Below, one piece after another: positions 29,228-40,700 of a DNA stretch of 64,000 nt. The position numbers and the translations under genes are program-made. Each line of letters begins with the position of its first letter. Within the stretch, counting starts at the first letter, position 1. The DNA is taken from positions 26,701-90,700 of the forward strand of contig CANSOA010000003.1 in NCBI GenBank assembly GCA_947648495.1. The letters run 5' to 3'. The stretch comes from an uncultured Clostridium sp. (lineage in GTDB: Bacteria > Bacillota > Clostridia > TANB77 > CAG-508). The notes under the pieces were generated by a model that ran no database searches, was not told where the DNA came from, and saw only the letters and a program-made list of their open reading frames with translations.

Positions 29228-29490
29228 ATATGTCTAGAAAAGGATTTTTTTAGATAATGCTTGTGCTGAAAACTTTTTTGGATTACTAAAATCTGAATCG
29301 TTGTATTTGCAGGAATTTAAGTCAATAGAACATTTTAAACAAGAATTAAATGATTATATAGATTATTATAATAATAAAAGGATTAAAGGTAAATTAAAAG
29401 GAATGAGCCCTGTAAATTACAGAACTCATTTCCTTCGAGTTGCTTAATATAAACTTAATCAAAAAGTGTCTAACTTTTTGGGTTCAGTAC
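29228..29490 (+). mobile_element. IS3-family transposase 3' remnant with the right terminal inverted repeat
   Basis: Translates to SRKGFF(frameshift in a T-run)[58 protein letters not shown], the conserved C-terminus of IS3/IS150 OrfB. It ends ...gtgtctaactttttgggttcagtac. Confidence 0.75.
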
Positions 29491-29524
29491 ATTTATAATC
29501 CCGCCTATTTTTATTTATAAAATA

Positions 29525-31444
29525 TTATTTTTCTTTTTTTACATTTCCTTCAAATATAAAATTTACAATTCTTTTACTAGCGTTTTCTGTAGCTGTCTCT
29601 ATATCAGACTTTGTCCAATATGGTTTTGGCTCTTTTTTATATCTTTCTACTAAATATTGTGCTAATGGATACTTACTATCAATATATCCAGATTTTTCAC
29701 TAATTTCCGTTGATACTTTAGTTCTGAACCATTCATTTCCAATTGTTCGATTTATATTATATTCTAATAATATTTTATTGCCAATTTTATTAACATAATT
29801 AGCAAACATATCATCATTTTCTATACCAGCATCATTTTGTATCAATTTTTTATTCTTTCCACTTTGTGGCATAATATGTTCGATATCAATATTTGAACCA
29901 ATTCTTAATTCTTTTTTGTTTTCTTTAGCAAATAAATATTCATTTAAATAAACTATATCATTTTTTTCATAATCATTTATTTTTGATATAATATTATCTT
30001 TTTGCCAACATTTATTAATGTGTTCGTCAAAATCTTTTTTAATCTCTTCAAAAGAAATTGAATTATGTGTAAACTTTATTTCTTCTTTAAAAAGGAATGA
30101 CTTAAAATTTGAACTTGAATAACCAGCTTCTACTAATGATAAAATAACAAGTAATCTAAGCATTAGCTCAGCTATCTCTTCAATTTTATTAATAAGATTA
30201 TTTTTATCCTTTTCACTAATAATAAATTTTTCATTATCCCCATTAACAAAATAAGAATCATATCTATGGAAATAACTTGCTAGAAATAATTTTGAGTTAT
30301 CATTAAACTTAAATAAAACTTTCATTGTATTATTTTCTTTTGCAATATTCCATATTTCAGCAAGTTTAATTAATTCATTACAAAATTCTATAGGTTTTTT
30401 AATCAAATCTGTGTTTTGGTCAGTATAATATTTTCTTAATCCTGGAGTAGTAACATCAATATTACCACTAGCATTCATCGTATCCCCATTAATACTACGA
30501 TATAAGTACATTTTTTGATTTAAAAGTCCATTTAAACTTACAATTTTCTCATTTTCCAATTCATTTGTTAAGTCAATCAAATATTTCCATTTTTCCCCCA
30601 ATATTTTTTTCTCTTCATCATCTTGAGTGGCAGCGAACATTTTTGAATAAATAATATCTGAATCAGTTAATGGCATACCATCAGAGTTTAAGGAATTAAA
30701 CATAGTTATTGCTTGTTCAACTTTCCAACTTTTGATTTCGATTACTTGACATTCTTCTAAAATTTTTCTTGTAAATTTATTTAAAAAATCTATTTTATTT
30801 AAATCTTCTTTAAAATAAAAATGTTTATAATTTTTAAAAAAATTAGTATATCGATTGTCTCTTTGTTTGTACGGAATCTTGATTGCACTTTCTTCAGCTT
30901 CTTCATATTTTAAAGATTTCATAATATTTATAAGTTCTTCTTTATATTCATCTTTTTCTTGATTAGAATTATTTATTAAACTACTGAAACTACTATATAT
31001 TTCTTTATCTTTTTTCTCATCTGGCTCATCAGTTATATCGTCTGGATCGGTTTTATATAATATACTAATTAAATTTCTTCTTCTTTCTCTAAGTCCTCTT
31101 TTTAATTGTTCAGACTCAGGGTCATCAACCATATTTTCTAATGTTTCATTAATTTTAGTAAGTAATGCTTTTAATAAAAGCATAAATGTTGTCGTTCTTT
31201 GTTGTCCATCTATCAATCCTAATTCTGTATCATCATTTGAACAATTTATTATAATAGTTCCAAAAAAGTATAAATCTTTACTTTTACTTTCTATAAAGTC
31301 TGTAATATCTGACCATAATTTATCGCAATTTGATATTTCCCATGCATACTTTCTTTGGTATTCAGGTATTATAAATTTGGCATCATTTTCTAATTTTAAA
31401 TAATTTCCTATAGTTACTAATTTGGGTTCAATATTTTTAGCCAT
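29525..31444 (-). CDS. DUF262 + DUF1524 (GmrSD-like) putative modification-dependent nuclease
   Basis: N-terminal IPEYQRKYAW and DGQQRTTT (DUF262). C-terminal His-Me-like DIEHIMPQS (DUF1524). 639 aa. Confidence 0.8.
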   Translation of the reverse strand: MAKNIEPKLVTIGNYLKLENDAKFIIPEYQRKYAWEISNCDKLWSDITDFIESKSKDLYFFGTIIINCSNDDTELGLIDGQQRTTTFMLLLKALLTKINETLENMVDDPESEQLKRGLRERRRNLISILYKTDPDDITDEPDEKKDKEIYSSFSSLINNSNQEKDEYKEELINIMKSLKYEEAEESAIKIPYKQRDNRYTNFFKNYKHFYFKEDLNKIDFLNKFTRKILEECQVIEIKSWKVEQAITMFNSLNSDGMPLTDSDIIYSKMFAATQDDEEKKILGEKWKYLIDLTNELENEKIVSLNGLLNQKMYLYRSINGDTMNASGNIDVTTPGLRKYYTDQNTDLIKKPIEFCNELIKLAEIWNIAKENNTMKVLFKFNDNSKLFLASYFHRYDSYFVNGDNEKFIISEKDKNNLINKIEEIAELMLRLLVILSLVEAGYSSSNFKSFLFKEEIKFTHNSISFEEIKKDFDEHINKCWQKDNIISKINDYEKNDIVYLNEYLFAKENKKELRIGSNIDIEHIMPQSGKNKKLIQNDAGIENDDMFANYVNKIGNKILLEYNINRTIGNEWFRTKVSTEISEKSGYIDSKYPLAQYLVERYKKEPKPYWTKSDIETATENASKRIVNFIFEGNVKKEK

Positions 31445-31471
31445 ATTTCAAATCTCCTTTATATAAATATA

Positions 31472-34400
31472 TTAATTCTTATTTATGTTCACCTTATATT
31501 CTTCTCCTTCTTCTGCTACCATACTTAAACTTTCATTATAATTTTCCGTAATATCATATACCATAGTCTTTTCATCATTATTATCTGATTGCCAAATTCC
31601 AAAATATCTTTCAAAAAATTTCTTTATTTTTTTAATAATTGTTTCTTTTCTTTCGGCTCTATTTCCTCCTCCAAATCTTTTCATTGGTGGTAAAATCTTA
31701 TCAATATCAGTTCCTGTAGTTTTAATCTGTCCATCTCTAAATGAATTGTCTATAAATTTTCTTGTTTCTTCTTCATTAAGATTTTCATCTTCAATTAATT
31801 TCTTTAAATCTGTTTCTTCTTGTTCCTTTACAAACTTAGTCCAGTCATTCATAACATCCATATTTGTATTTATTTTTGATATAAATGTTTCAATAAGCTC
31901 TTTTTTAGAACGAAGTGCTAAGCTTGATTTTATCGCTTTATCAATTGAACCTAATATTTCTTTATCTGCACAATTTGATTGATGATATTTGGAAACTAAC
32001 ATTAATATATAATCAATATTTACTTCTACTTGTTTTACAAGTTCCATCTCAAATACTACATCATCTTTTATAGTTTCTACTTCTTCATTATCTTTTCTGG
32101 ATTTAAATTCTTCATATAAATCTGTATAAGTTCCTATGTAGTCTTGAAAATCTCTTTCAGAAAGTATTTCATTTCCTTCAAATTTATCAAATGAAGATAG
32201 TATATTTTTCAGTCTTAAAATATTTCCCATAGAAACAATAAAGTCTTTTTGGGCTTGTTCTCCTATAATTTGCTCTCCCAAAGGATATTTTTGAAGTAAA
32301 ATCGCAATTCTTTCTTCATAGCCCAACTGTTTCTTGCCTTTTTCATTTTCATACCCATAGTAATAATCTTCATAAGATTTTAACAAAACTATTCCTGATG
32401 CATCCTTATCTCCAAATAAGCTAATTGCATCATTTGTTTGTTCTTGTAAATCTCTAAAACAAACTATATTACCATAAGATTTTACAGAATTTAAAATACG
32501 ATTAGTTCTTGAATATGCTTGAATTAGCCCATGTTGTTTTAAATTTTTATCCACCCATAATGTATTTAATGTTGTAGCATCAAAACCTGTTAAAAACATA
32601 TTGACAACTATAAGTAAATCAACTTCTCTTTTCTTAACTCTATCAGATAAATCTTTATAATAATCTTGAAAGCCATTTCCTTCTGATGAAAAGTTTGTTT
32701 TAAATTTTTTATTATATTCGTCTATTGCAAAATCTAAAAATTCTCTTGAACTTTGGTCTAATAAATCAGTTTCAAATCCTTCATCATCTAATATTCCATT
32801 AGATGTGTCTTCTTCGTTTGTTGTAAAAGAATATATTGTTGCAATAGATAAATCTTTATGTTTTTCTTCTAATTGCTTTTTAAATTCTAAATAATATTTC
32901 TTTGCCATTGGTATTGAGTTAACAGCAAACATTGAATTAAATCCATTTACTCTTTGCCCTTTTAAATCATAAAATGAATTTCTTCTTGTTTTTTGGTCAA
33001 AGTGTTCAATTATATAATTTACTACATTACTAATTCTTTCATGAGAAGACAAAGCTTCTTCAGTATTTATAGCTTGCACTTCTTTGTCCGTCATTCCCTC
33101 TTTTTTCTTAATTGTATTTATATAATCGATTCTAAATGGAAGTACATTTCCATCATTGATAGCATCAACTATTGTATATGTATGTAACTTGTCTCCAAAA
33201 GCTTGTTCAGTTGTGCAAAAATCAGGATTAGATTTATTCGTAGCATTTTTAGCAAATATCGGTGTACCAGTAAATCCAAAAAAATGATAATTTTTGAAGT
33301 TCTTAACTATCATTTTGTGCATATCGCCAAATTGAGAACGATGACATTCATCAAATATTAAGACAATATGCTTTTGAAATACTGAATGATTTGGATTTCT
33401 TTTTACAAATTCACTTAATTTTTGGATAGTTGTAACAATTATTTTTGAAGTTGTATTTTCTAATTGTTTTTGAAGTATTTTTGTACTTCTATTTCCATTT
33501 GCAGCACCTTTTTCAAATCTATCGTATTCTTTCATTGTTTGATAATCTAAATCTTTTCTGTCAACAACAAATAAGACTTTATCTATGTATTCTAAATTAC
33601 TTGCAAGTTGAGCGGTTTTGAATGATGTAAGCGTTTTTCCAGAACCAGTTGTGTGCCAAATATAACCTCCTGCTTCAAGTGTTCCCATTTTCCTATAATT
33701 AGTTGATATTTCTATTTTGTTTAAAATTCTTTCTGTAGCAACTATTTGATATGGTCTCATGACAAGTAGTAATTCTTCAGATGTAAATACACAATATTTT
33801 ATTAGTATATTTAGAATAGTATGTTTTGATAAAAATGTTCTAGTAAAGTCAACTAAATCATTTATTACTTTATTATTGCTATCCGCCCAATAGCTAGTGA
33901 ATTCAAAACTATTACTTGTTTTTTTACTTTTATTTCTAGTCTGTGATTGCTCTTTTATATGACTTTTTCTTGTAGTATTTGAATAATATTTTGTATTAGT
34001 TCCGTTTGAAATTACAAATATTTGGATGTATTCATAAAGTCCACTACCTGCCCAAAAGCTATCTCTTTGATACCTATTTATTTGATTAAAAGCCTCTTTT
34101 AAAGCTACTCCTCTTCTCTTTAACTCAACATGAACCAAAGGAAGTCCATTTACAAGTATCGTTACATCATATCTGTTATTATAATTCCCCTCATTTTCAA
34201 CATATTGATTTATAACTTGTAATCTATTATTATGAATATTCTTTTTATCTAACAAATAGATATTTTTACTTGTTCCATCATCTTTTTTTAATACTTGAAT
34301 ATAGTCTTCTTGAATTCTTCTAGTCTTTTCAACAATTCCATCATTTTTATTAGCAATGCTATTATTGAAAAATCTTGCCCATTCACTATCACTAAATTGA

Positions 34401-34618
34401 TAATTATTTAATAATTCTAATTGGGTACGAAGGTTTTTTTTAAGTGTTTTAGAATCATGGATTATTAAATAATCATAACCTTGTTCAGTTAACATTCTAA
34501 TAAACTCTTTTTCAAGTTCTGCTTCACTCTGGTAAGCTTTTGATTTTCTTTTTAATGGCTCATATTCCGTAACAACAGTAGAATTACTTGTTTCCATTAC
34601 CACATTATATTTACTCAT
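31472..34618 (-). CDS. hsdR: Type I restriction enzyme R subunit
   Basis: 1048 aa. N-terminal nuclease region, helicase motif I TGSGKTLT, motif II DECHRSQ, and FTGTP. Confidence 0.9.
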   Translation of the reverse strand: MSKYNVVMETSNSTVVTEYEPLKRKSKAYQSEAELEKEFIRMLTEQGYDYLIIHDSKTLKKNLRTQLELLNNYQFSDSEWARFFNNSIANKNDGIVEKTRRIQEDYIQVLKKDDGTSKNIYLLDKKNIHNNRLQVINQYVENEGNYNNRYDVTILVNGLPLVHVELKRRGVALKEAFNQINRYQRDSFWAGSGLYEYIQIFVISNGTNTKYYSNTTRKSHIKEQSQTRNKSKKTSNSFEFTSYWADSNNKVINDLVDFTRTFLSKHTILNILIKYCVFTSEELLLVMRPYQIVATERILNKIEISTNYRKMGTLEAGGYIWHTTGSGKTLTSFKTAQLASNLEYIDKVLFVVDRKDLDYQTMKEYDRFEKGAANGNRSTKILQKQLENTTSKIIVTTIQKLSEFVKRNPNHSVFQKHIVLIFDECHRSQFGDMHKMIVKNFKNYHFFGFTGTPIFAKNATNKSNPDFCTTEQAFGDKLHTYTIVDAINDGNVLPFRIDYINTIKKKEGMTDKEVQAINTEEALSSHERISNVVNYIIEHFDQKTRRNSFYDLKGQRVNGFNSMFAVNSIPMAKKYYLEFKKQLEEKHKDLSIATIYSFTTNEEDTSNGILDDEGFETDLLDQSSREFLDFAIDEYNKKFKTNFSSEGNGFQDYYKDLSDRVKKREVDLLIVVNMFLTGFDATTLNTLWVDKNLKQHGLIQAYSRTNRILNSVKSYGNIVCFRDLQEQTNDAISLFGDKDASGIVLLKSYEDYYYGYENEKGKKQLGYEERIAILLQKYPLGEQIIGEQAQKDFIVSMGNILRLKNILSSFDKFEGNEILSERDFQDYIGTYTDLYEEFKSRKDNEEVETIKDDVVFEMELVKQVEVNIDYILMLVSKYHQSNCADKEILGSIDKAIKSSLALRSKKELIETFISKINTNMDVMNDWTKFVKEQEETDLKKLIEDENLNEEETRKFIDNSFRDGQIKTTGTDIDKILPPMKRFGGGNRAERKETIIKKIKKFFERYFGIWQSDNNDEKTMVYDITENYNESLSMVAEEGEEYKVNINKN

Positions 34619-34628
34619 AATTTACTCC

Positions 34629-35213
34629 CTAATTTGCTTGTTTTAACTCTTTAAAATTAAGTAATTTATCTCTATAATACTCATATTGTTTTTGTCTAGC
34701 TTTCAGCTCTGCTGAAAGCTCTTCTGAAAGTAATGTAAAATCGTCCAAAATACGCACGATTTCGCATTGTACCTCCATTGGAGGTACAGCAATTTGAAGC
34801 TTTCTAAAATCACCCTGATTTAATTTTGGTATATTTCCATGTATAAAACTCGTTACATTAATTGTTTGAATATAATGATATAAATATCTTAAAGAAACTC
34901 CTTCTATTTCTTCAATAATATGTGCATGATTATTTACCCATATTTTTCCTTCAGCCCATGTTACTATCGGATTCCCATTTTCATTTATCACAGAACCATC
35001 TTCTCCAACTAATACATATTTTCCATCAAATATGTAGTCGGCTACATAATCTTGAATTCCATTTGCTCCATAATATGGATATTCTCCTGCTTTTCTTGCA
35101 GACTTTGTAACAGGCTTCCTTTTATTATCTAATATGTTACAGCATTTTTCCAAATCTAAAAGTTTTACGCTATTAGGATATTTGTTTTTTATTAAATCAT
35201 CTATTTTTCCCAT
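34629..35213 (-). CDS. hsdS: Type I specificity subunit, half-size (single target-recognition domain)
   Basis: 194 aa: one TRD plus one conserved C-terminal helix (LSAELKARQKQYEYYRDKLL). Start abuts the hsdM stop. Confidence 0.8.
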   Translation of the reverse strand: MGKIDDLIKNKYPNSVKLLDLEKCCNILDNKRKPVTKSARKAGEYPYYGANGIQDYVADYIFDGKYVLVGEDGSVINENGNPIVTWAEGKIWVNNHAHIIEEIEGVSLRYLYHYIQTINVTSFIHGNIPKLNQGDFRKLQIAVPPMEVQCEIVRILDDFTLLSEELSAELKARQKQYEYYRDKLLNFKELKQAN

Positions 35214-35214
35214 T

Positions 35215-36786
35215 TTACACCTCTATCTCTGCAATTATTTTAGCTATTTCAATACGAAGTTTATTTTCTCCCTCAACTATTTCCTCTATTTCTTTATTTA
35301 ATTCAACAATATCTATCTTCTCTCTTGTATCTTCTTTTTCTACATAAGTAGAAACTGATAAATTATAATCATTTTCTTCTATTTCTTTATTAGAAGCAAG
35401 TTTAGCAACATATTCTTTATCTTCTCTTTTAGTAAATATTTCAACTATATTATTTATATTTTCATCTGTTAGTTTATTATTATTTGTTACCTTAACACAT
35501 TCATTTGTTGCATCTATAAATAATGTACTGTTATCTTTTTTACTTTTCTTTAAAACCATAATACAAGTAGCAATACTTGTACCAAAAAATAGATTATCTG
35601 GTAACTGAATAATACAATCTACAAAGTTATTATCTATCAAATATTTTCTTATTTTTTGTTCTGCTCCACCTCTATATAAAATACCCGGAAAACAAACTAT
35701 TGATGCAGTTCCATTTGTAGCTAACCATGAAAGAGAATGCATAATGAAAGCAAAATCTGCTTTTGATTTTGGAGCTAATACTCCTGCGGGTGAATATCTT
35801 GGATCATTTATTAAAACTGTATTATCATCTCCTGCCCATTTAATTGAATATGGTGGATTTGAAACAATTACTTCAAAAGGTTCATCATCCCAATGCTCAG
35901 GAGAAACTAAAGTGTCCTCACATGCAATATCAAATTTGTCATACCCTATATCATGTAAAAACATATTTATTCTGCAAAGATTGTATGTAGTTAAATTTAT
36001 TTCTTGCCCATAAAAACCATTTCTAACATTCTCTTTACCTAGTATTTTGGCAGACTTTAGCAATAATGAACCTGAACCACAGGCAGGGTCATATACCTTG
36101 TTTACTGACGTTTTTCCTACAATAGCAAGTTTAGTTAAAAGTTCACTTACTTCTTGTGGTGTATAAAACTCTCCTCCAGACTTACCTGCATTTGATGCAT
36201 ACATACTCATTAAAAATTCATAAGCATCTCCAAAAGCATCTATTTTGTTATCTTGATAATTACCTAAATTTATACTTGCTATTCCTTCTAAAATTTTAAC
36301 AAGCTTTTCATTTCTTTTTGCAACCGTTGCCCCTAATTTATTACTATTTACATCTATATCATCAAATAGTCCAGAAAAATTATCTTCACTCTCGTGACCT
36401 TTAGCTGAATTCTCTATATTATTAAATATTTTTTCAAGTGTTTCATTTAAGTTTTCATCATTTCTTGCTCTTTTGCAAACATTAACAAAAAGTTCTGAAG
36501 GAAGAATAAAAAATCCCTTAACTTTTACCATTTCATCTCTTACCGTTTCTGCTTCACTATCTTTTAATGTTGCATAATTAAATTCAATATCTCCTGCTTT
36601 TCTTTCTCCTTCATTAATATAATTCGTTATATTTTCTGAAATATATCTATAAAACATGATACCTAAAATATATTGTTTGAAATCCCATCCATCTACTGAA
36701 CCTCTTAGATCATCTGCTATTGACCATATTGCTTTATGCAATTCTTCTCTTTGTCGATTATTTTTATTATCCATTTTCCCCTCCAT
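35215..36786 (-). CDS. hsdM: Type I N6-adenine DNA methyltransferase M subunit
   Basis: GGEFYTPQEV, motif I DPACGSGSLL, FYGQEINLTTYNLCRINMFLH, motif IV NPPYS. Confidence 0.92.
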   Translation of the reverse strand: MEGKMDNKNNRQREELHKAIWSIADDLRGSVDGWDFKQYILGIMFYRYISENITNYINEGERKAGDIEFNYATLKDSEAETVRDEMVKVKGFFILPSELFVNVCKRARNDENLNETLEKIFNNIENSAKGHESEDNFSGLFDDIDVNSNKLGATVAKRNEKLVKILEGIASINLGNYQDNKIDAFGDAYEFLMSMYASNAGKSGGEFYTPQEVSELLTKLAIVGKTSVNKVYDPACGSGSLLLKSAKILGKENVRNGFYGQEINLTTYNLCRINMFLHDIGYDKFDIACEDTLVSPEHWDDEPFEVIVSNPPYSIKWAGDDNTVLINDPRYSPAGVLAPKSKADFAFIMHSLSWLATNGTASIVCFPGILYRGGAEQKIRKYLIDNNFVDCIIQLPDNLFFGTSIATCIMVLKKSKKDNSTLFIDATNECVKVTNNNKLTDENINNIVEIFTKREDKEYVAKLASNKEIEENDYNLSVSTYVEKEDTREKIDIVELNKEIEEIVEGENKLRIEIAKIIAEIEV

Positions 36787-36851
36787 CAGTTTATAACTAT
36801 TCTATTATATCTTATATCACAAATACATTATTTTAACAACACATTTATCAC

Positions 36852-36878
36852 ATTTTGTCGAAAACCTATCGACAAAAT
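36852..36878. promoter_or_regulatory. Perfect 10-bp-arm palindrome upstream of hsdM (candidate operator)
   Basis: attttgtcga-aaaccta-tcgacaaaat, about 70 nt upstream of the hsdM start. Confidence 0.4.
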
Positions 36879-37080
36879 TCGATAAGTAATAACCTGTCTC
36901 TAGAAGCTCTCTTCATCGATTCTCTGTTTCACGCTCCACAAACTTGTCATCACCATTTTTTACCTCCTTACAATTTTTCTTAAAAGAAGATTGGGGGACC
37001 CCATAGTTTAGCATTTGTGTATATACAAATGCCATGCTTGTTAGGAAGTAAAGAACATAAATTATAGTTATATTTTTACT

Positions 37081-37347
37081 TCAATTTTTCTCAAAATTTT
37101 TAAATAAAAAAATCGGCTGGTATATAAATTCTTCCAAATCCGTTATCCAACCAGAAACCGTATTGGTTCCAACATTCAATTTATCCGCTAAATATTTATT
37201 CGATGCAAAACAATATCCTTCTTTATTGCTAAGTGATGTTATCACTGTATATAAAATCTTTTGATTTGCTTTTAAGTTCCTATTATAAAAAATAGTTGCT
37301 GGTATGATAGAATAATACCCTATATTCTGCTTTTCTTCCACTTTCAC
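37081..37347 (-). CDS. Helix-turn-helix protein of the phage/ICE replication-organiser type, probably C-terminally truncated
   Basis: YYSIIPATIFYNRNLKANQKILYTVITSLSNKEGYCFASNKYLADKLNVGTNTVSGWITDLEE matches a widespread Firmicutes mobile-element HTH family. The ORF ends abruptly after the HTH. Confidence 0.5.
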   Translation of the reverse strand: MKVEEKQNIGYYSIIPATIFYNRNLKANQKILYTVITSLSNKEGYCFASNKYLADKLNVGTNTVSGWITDLEEFIYQPIFLFKNFEKN

Positions 37348-37496
37348 TCCTTTCTATGCAGTATAGAAAAAGAGCAAATTAACTCTCAAAATTAATTTAC
37401 TCTTTTCAACTTATCCTTTATTTTTTCTTTAACCCTTGAACGCAGTTTACTGTAAGCATTTCCTCGATTATCGTTTTTTGCTATTCTTCCCAGAAC

Positions 37497-37673
37497 CCAG
37501 TTTTTGTGCTATTCGCAAGAATTCGTTAAAACTAATTCTTAAATGAATATCAATTTTATTGTCATAGACAACAATTTCTTTTATCATCGCTGATAATATC
37601 ATTTTTTCCTTTCGCAACTAGCTTTTTTTAAACTTCTTTCCAATCTAGAATCATACTTTTCATTCTCCCATAA
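37497..37673 (-). pseudogene. 3'-terminal remnant of a second LSR-1-type serine recombinase gene
   Basis: About 90% identical to 27013-27183 (the last ~55 codons of LSR-1) with two 1-nt indels. Homology stops on both sides, and nothing corresponds to the rest of the gene. Confidence 0.75.
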
Positions 37674-37712
37674 TAAAAAAGACAAAATATCACCAATATA
37701 ATATTTTGTCTT
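37674..37712 (-). terminator. Rho-independent terminator of the 1355-aa gene
   Basis: Minus strand reads agacaaaatat-tatattggtg-atattttgtct, then tttttt. Confidence 0.7.
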
Positions 37713-37727
37713 CTATATAATTTTTAT

Positions 37728-40700
37728 CTATTCCATTTCTTTAATTTTACTTTCAATATATGAGATTTCATCCTCTATTAAATTGTATTTTTTATATAAT
37801 TGTAAGTCTATTTCATGAATAGTTTTTGACCAATCTATATCAGAATTGTTTGTAAAATCTTGTATCGGAACAAATTTATACACATTTTGATATATTGCCC
37901 TAGAAGATTTCATAATTCCCACCATTACTCTTAAAAATTTTGTTTCCATATACTTTTTTAAATTTACTGCCTCTGTTTCTGATTCAAAATTTCCAAACGT
38001 AATCAATGCACCAGAGCATATAGATTTAGGTTCACCAATAAAAGCTTTACCAATTATGGCAACTTGTTTCGCATCCATTAACGTTCCAGCCGCACCATTC
38101 ATTTTTGATGAAAAAACTTTCCACCTATCTACTAATTCAAAATTTCTACTTACAATATCAATTGAAGTATACTTTATCGTGTCATTTGCACATCTAATGC
38201 AAATACTATTCTTTTTATCTTTTTTATCTACAACTACCTTATTTAGTGTTTCATTAGTTTCAGGAACTTTAAATGGATTTCTACCTGTTGTTATTTTTGT
38301 TAATGATTCAAAATCGTCCCTTTTATATACTTTATTTAAAATATTTACTAAAACATTTAAATGAATTATTTCATCCATATCATCTTCAAAAAGAGGTCTA
38401 TTAGCATATGTTTTTTTCCCATTTACTATCTCTATAAAATCAACATTGCCTTTATATTCTTTATCATATAAAAAATAATTAACACTTCCTATATTTTCTT
38501 CCGTAAATACCTCCTTATTATCTCCATAATTTACTATAGTTTTTATATGATTATTTTCTTTAATAAATTTTCTTAATGGTGGGAATGACGCATCTTGTCC
38601 CTCACCTGTAAACCATCTAGAAGGAGTTATAAATGTCATATAATCTGGTTCTAATTTAATTCCAATAGTCATAAAAAGAGGATATAATTGCTTTGCTAAA
38701 GATGCATTAGACTTACTTCCTATATTTTCTTGATATGGTGGGTTTCCAACAACAACATCAAAATTCATTTTTTCATCTCCTTCTTTATAAAAAATATTTT
38801 CCTTTAACTCAATTTCAGAAAACTTTTTCTGTTGTAATAGAAGTCTTTTTACTTTGCTATAATCAATACTTGCATTTTTATCAGTTATCTTAAGTAATTG
38901 ATATGCATTAAAGAATGCTGCTATATTATCAACATTTAATCCTAAAATCTCGTATATCTTTCTTGTGAATTCATACGCTATACTTGAAGTTGGTATTGAA
39001 TATATTATATCGTTAATTATATGGTTATCTATATTTAATTCCGTCAATATTTGATAAATTACTAAAGAAAATTCTCCCATTTTACTAGCAATATCTAGAA
39101 TTTTACCTTTTTTATTACAAATATCAATTATATTTTCCTTTGGTATTAATTCCATCATTTCTCTGCAAATATTATTTGGTGTAACTATTTCAGATTGTGA
39201 CAATTTTTTGAACTTATTCATTGCTATAATAGCTCTTTCAATTGGTTGCATACTATCATCTTTAGATAGCATGTTAATATTTTGTATTTTATAATCTAAT
39301 TGACTTAATTTAAAAGCATCCATTTTGTCATACATCAATTTTAATATAACATTACTCAATCCAAGATTTTTAGCAATCCTTTTATTGTCTTCATTACTAT
39401 CAATTGAATTAATAACTTGCGATAAAGAAATTATCTCATTTTCTGTCAGGAATGAATAAAATAATACTCTTGCAAAATAAGTTCTAATTTTCTTCTCATA
39501 GTTTATTGGTTCTTCTTCGTTATTCTCCTCATTTTCTCTACTATTATCTATTGTACTATTCTGTGCGTTATTATCTCTTGAGTCAGATGTAGAAATATCT
39601 AAATCTTCTCCATCTTCATCATTTGTATTATCAATTGATAATCCTTTATTTGAGCCAAGTTCAGCTTGTCTATCTATTACATTTTTTATTTCTTCATTAT
39701 CTAATAGTTTTAAATCTACAGGAATATCATTTACCTCATCAATCACGCCTTTTTCTTTTGAATACTCACTTACAGCATCCATTATACTTTTAGGTTTAAT
39801 TTCTATAATTTTGTTTTTATTTATTGTGATTATCGGTGAAATTCTTAATTCATTTTTCAATCTTTCCTCTAACAATGAATTTCCTGCTTCTTCAACATTT
39901 ACATTATATATCTTTGATTTTTGTTCTTGTAATGTAAACATTCTATATGGATTAAAATCAACTAATAATGTTTGTGGCTTCATATTATACTTTATAACAT
40001 TTTTTTCATTATTTACATATTCTTTTATATACTGATTTTGTAATCTAAAAATTGCTTGATCATATTCTTGTGGAGATGCTGTATCTTTTAAATAAATCAT
40101 TGTATCCCATTCTTCTACTGTTGAGCCTGTTAACATTCTATTTACTGTTAAAGTTAATGTTTTTATGTTGTTTTTTTCAGATTCTTTTATTTGGTGTTTT
40201 ATTTCTACAATAGATTTATATTTATTAGAATTTTCAACTCCAGAAATATTTATAATTTCATATTCATTCAAATTTTTAAATTTATCTTTGTTATTGTTTA
40301 GTAATTCCTCTAAAGCATCACATGAAGCACAATAAGGTAAAACACATACAATGTGCCTACACATTTTTCCTTGTTTTATTTTTTCATAGTTTAAAAAACC
40401 TAATACATTTTCATCTTCTTTACTTCCATCAATAACTTCAAATAATTCTAATATTTCTTGTTTGTTTTCAAATTTTTTGTGTAATCCATCTTTGGCTTTT
40501 TTTACTGATTTTGGTTTTAGTAAAGCAGAAAAAGCATATGTATATCCATTCTTTTGATATTCTTTTAACTTTTCTTTTGCCTTTTTGCTTGGATTAAAAG
40601 CAAATCTAATCATTTGTGGGAAACCAAAATAAGGATTATCCCATTCTTTAACTTCATCATTTAATATATTTTCATTATTCCATTTTTCCTGTTCTTCAAC

